Below are positions 62,605-64,000 of a stretch of DNA of 64,000 nucleotides, piece after piece. Origin of the DNA: Nitrospira sp. (lineage in GTDB: Bacteria; Nitrospirota; Thermodesulfovibrionia; UBA6902); assembly GCA_016784355.1 (NCBI GenBank), contig JADHUV010000001.1:29860-93859 (forward strand), read 5' to 3'. The notes under the pieces were generated by a model. It had not been told where the DNA came from. It saw only the letters and a program-made list of their open reading frames with translations, and ran no database searches. The translations under genes were made by a program, and so were the position numbers. Each line of letters starts with the position of its first letter. Within the stretch, counting starts at the first letter, position 1.

Positions 62605-64000
62605 ATGATAGAAGCGCGTCAGGCTAGACGTATAATGATTGTTGAAAACGAGTGGCTGGTTGCCCAGGACATCAAGATGCATCTTGAGGAGATGGAGTAT
62701 GAAGTTACCTCAATAGAGACCAATGGTCCTGATGCTCTCGTTCGTGCCGGACAGGATCTGCCGGACATCGTTCTTATGGACATTGTGCTTAATGGTGAGA
62801 TGACCGGGATACAGACTGCCGGGTTTATACAGAAGAAGTTTAAGATCCCTCATATATATATAACTTCATATTCCAGCAGGGAGGTGCTTGAGGGTGCAAA
62901 GGTAACACAGCCTTATGGTTATCTGACCAAGCCTTTTTACAGTCGTGATCTGCGCGCCGTGATTGAGACCGCCTCATATAGATATGAGATGGAACACAGG
63001 CTCAGGGAACGAGAGGAAATATTTACACAGTTAACGGAAAATATACATCAGGCCTTTATTATCGGATCAGCTGATTGGAGTAAGATCTATTATGTCAGCC
63101 CCCCCTATGAAAAGATATGGGGTAGACCTGCCAGTTCATTGATGGAGTCACCTGTATTATGGCTTGATTCAGTAGTGACAGAAGACAGGGAGATGGTTGA
63201 GCTGTTCTTCGGTGCCCCGGCCCATATTCAGGAACAAAGGGAGGTTATAGAATATCGTATAGAAAGGCCGGATGGTTCAGTAAGGTGGATTTATATGAAG
63301 ATGGTTTCGATTAATGATTACAATGGAGATATATATAGATATGCTGCTGTTGCCGAAGATATAACTATTCGAAAAGAAACAGAGCAGGAGCTTCTCAGGC
63401 ACGGCACTCACCTGGAGGAATTGCTTCAGGAGCGTACCCGGGATTTGAAGGAGGCGCATGAACAGCTGCTTCAGGAGATGGCCGAGCGTAAGTTGGCTGA
63501 GTCAGAGACTATAAGGGTCGGCCAGTTAGCAGCAGTTGGTGAACTCGCGGCGGGTATAGCTCATGAAATAAATAACCCCATAAACGGCATAATAAATTAC
63601 GCCCAGATACTTGCCAATAAGACTAAGGAGGACAGTGAGGCAGGAGATATAACGGGCAGAATTCTTAAGGAGAGTGACCGTATATCCAGGATAGTATCCA
63701 GCCTGCTCTCGTTTTCGCGTGAGGGTCGGGATGAAAAGCAGCCCGTGAGTGTCGGCAGGGTTGTGGCAGAGGCCCTGACGCTATCAGAATCACAGGTGAA
63801 GATGGATGGTATAATGATCGAGCTGGATGTTTCTTCTTCCCTTCCAATGATTATGGCTCAGCCGCAGCAGGTGGAGCAGATATTTCTGAATCTGGTCAGT
63901 AATGCCCGGTATGCACTGAATGAGAAATATCCGGGGCTGCATGAAGATAAGGTGATTGAGATCAGGGCCGAGAAGATATTGGATAATAGCAGGCCGTTTC
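62605..64000 (+). CDS. Partial CDS (runs past the right window edge): receiver + PAS + HisKA/HATPase sensor kinase
   Basis: My translation from the ATG at 62605 (GAGG lies 10 nt upstream) is open to the window end: MIEARQARRIMIVENEWLVAQ...DIVLMDIVLNGEMTG...KPF, a PAS-like region (IEYRIERPDGSVRWIY), a coiled coil, the H-box GELAAGIAHEINNPINGI, and the N-box region QIFLNLVSNARYAL. It is absent from the ORF track because it has no stop in the window. Confidence 0.85.
   Translation, partial: MIEARQARRIMIVENEWLVAQDIKMHLEEMEYEVTSIETNGPDALVRAGQDLPDIVLMDIVLNGEMTGIQTAGFIQKKFKIPHIYITSYSSREVLEGAKVTQPYGYLTKPFYSRDLRAVIETASYRYEMEHRLREREEIFTQLTENIHQAFIIGSADWSKIYYVSPPYEKIWGRPASSLMESPVLWLDSVVTEDREMVELFFGAPAHIQEQREVIEYRIERPDGSVRWIYMKMVSINDYNGDIYRYAAVAEDITIRKETEQELLRHGTHLEELLQERTRDLKEAHEQLLQEMAERKLAESETIRVGQLAAVGELAAGIAHEINNPINGIINYAQILANKTKEDSEAGDITGRILKESDRISRIVSSLLSFSREGRDEKQPVSVGRVVAEALTLSESQVKMDGIMIELDVSSSLPMIMAQPQQVEQIFLNLVSNARYALNEKYPGLHEDKVIEIRAEKILDNSRPF

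Noticed and set aside
1-64000. I searched the whole window for CRISPR arrays, rRNA genes, intact IS elements/transposases, prophage genes and classical defence systems.
   Set aside because: No regularly spaced direct repeats, no rRNA-like conserved stretches, and no transposase, integrase, restriction or Cas-like translations were seen on either strand. The only repeats are the coding TSP3 and YD repeats and the relic duplications reported above.

Overview
This 64-kb bacterial window holds about 55 real genes, mostly on the minus strand. All calls come from reading the translations and DNA by eye; no database or HMM search was run, so family names rest on recalled motifs. The gene content suggests an anaerobic, signalling-rich Gram-negative such as Desulfobacterota or Nitrospirota, but the taxon cannot be fixed from this window.

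Layout:
1. 1-4.7 kb: a sensor fragment, a periplasmic binding lipoprotein, a GNAT, a standalone ACP plus KAS-II pair, and a TPR protein.
2. 4.9-8.2 kb: a Rho homologue lacking the whole N-terminal RNA-binding domain, a PEP-CTERM protein, two abutting decayed gene fragments (copies of the rho 3' part and of the 3' end of the 1015-aa surface protein), and an MscS channel.
3. 8.4-19.1 kb: a 1015-aa TSP3/beta-helix/PKD surface protein, then an Rhs polymorphic-toxin locus. The 1595-aa Rhs carries TPR and C39-like N-terminal domains. It is followed by candidate immunity genes, a gene relic, and an orphan Rhs-CT cassette.
4. 19.4-24.1 kb: a hybrid histidine kinase, a CheB-type methylesterase with a pseudo-receiver, and tRNA-Asn(GTT) with an intrinsic terminator.
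5. 24.2-47.3 kb: one about 23-kb run of tightly spaced or overlapping minus-strand genes. It starts with a hybrid kinase (three receivers plus HPt) and a partner-switching set (STAS, RsbW-like kinase, REC-PP2C). It continues directly into a Wzx/Wzy-type exopolysaccharide cluster with an OPX, a Wzc-like PCP, several GTs, a glycoside hydrolase, a flippase, a priming transferase, a TagA/WecG-type GT fused to two STAS domains, and a doubly degenerate transferase fusion.
6. 47.6-53.5 kb: a serine-acetyltransferase-like gene, the four-subunit pyruvate/2-oxoacid:ferredoxin oxidoreductase operon (porGDAB), and a GNAT-RimK ATP-grasp fusion.
7. 54-64 kb: an OafA-type acyltransferase, a BI-1-like membrane protein, a PolB-exo-like nuclease, an NtrC-family sigma-54 activator, a hybrid kinase with an EF-hand loop in its sensor domain, and a partial REC-PAS kinase at the right edge.

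No CRISPR array, intact IS element, integrase or rRNA was seen.

The best candidates for new biology are the sigma-less partner switch wired into the EPS operon together with the STAS-STAS glycosyltransferase, the Rhs toxin tips that carry a PLC/P1-nuclease-like zinc-ligand pattern, and the N-terminal-domain-less Rho next to a rearrangement scar.
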